Assembly: GCA_013375475.1 (NCBI GenBank)
Contig: JABXKD010000086.1
Coordinates: forward strand, 1-14,571
Direction of reading: 5' to 3'
Source: Promethearchaeota archaeon
Lineage (GTDB): Archaea; Asgardarchaeota; Lokiarchaeia; Sigyniarchaeales; SOKP01
DNA: 14,571 bases
Below are positions 14,559-14,571 of this stretch, piece by piece. The position numbers and the translations under genes were made by a program. Below the pieces are notes generated by a model. That model searched no databases. It was given only the letters and a program-made list of their open reading frames with translations, and was not told where the DNA came from. Position 1 is the first letter of the stretch. Each line of letters starts with the position of its first letter.

Positions 14559-14571
14559 CACTAATTTAAAT

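Noticed and set aside
1-14571. tRNA, rRNA, CRISPR array, IS element or purine riboswitch
   Set aside because: Intergenic gaps are under 200 nt, extremely AT-rich and lack GC-rich stems, regularly spaced repeats, transposase motifs or terminal inverted repeats.

Overview
AT-rich (roughly 30% GC by eye), gene-dense window that looks like chromosomal DNA of an Asgard archaeon, probably Lokiarchaeia/Promethearchaeia. This is inferred from the Rab-like GTPase, Rpn11/CSN5-like JAMM and PCI-like proteins, TTG starts and oligo-T terminators. I call 13 CDSs in order: a 5'-truncated tandem winged-helix protein, a small wHTH protein, purH, guaB, a radical SAM enzyme, a Rab-like small GTPase, a strongly degenerate trans-isoprenyl diphosphate synthase, a YfcE/MJ0936 metallophosphoesterase (mis-started in the ORF track, probably ATT-initiated), a CaiB/BaiF (AMACR-like) protein, a 4xTPR protein, a JAMM/MPN+ isopeptidase fused to a TPR/SNAP-like solenoid, an acidic/basic protein with two C2HC zinc fingers, and a helical protein ending in a PCI-like winged helix. 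The most interesting candidate system is the right-hand TPR - MPN+ - C2HC-ZnF - PCI cluster. It combines the domain types of the eukaryotic lid/CSN/eIF3 complexes and may encode a minimal ubiquitin-like deconjugating module. I saw no rRNA, tRNA, CRISPR array or mobile element. All family assignments come from motif recognition by eye; no searches were run.
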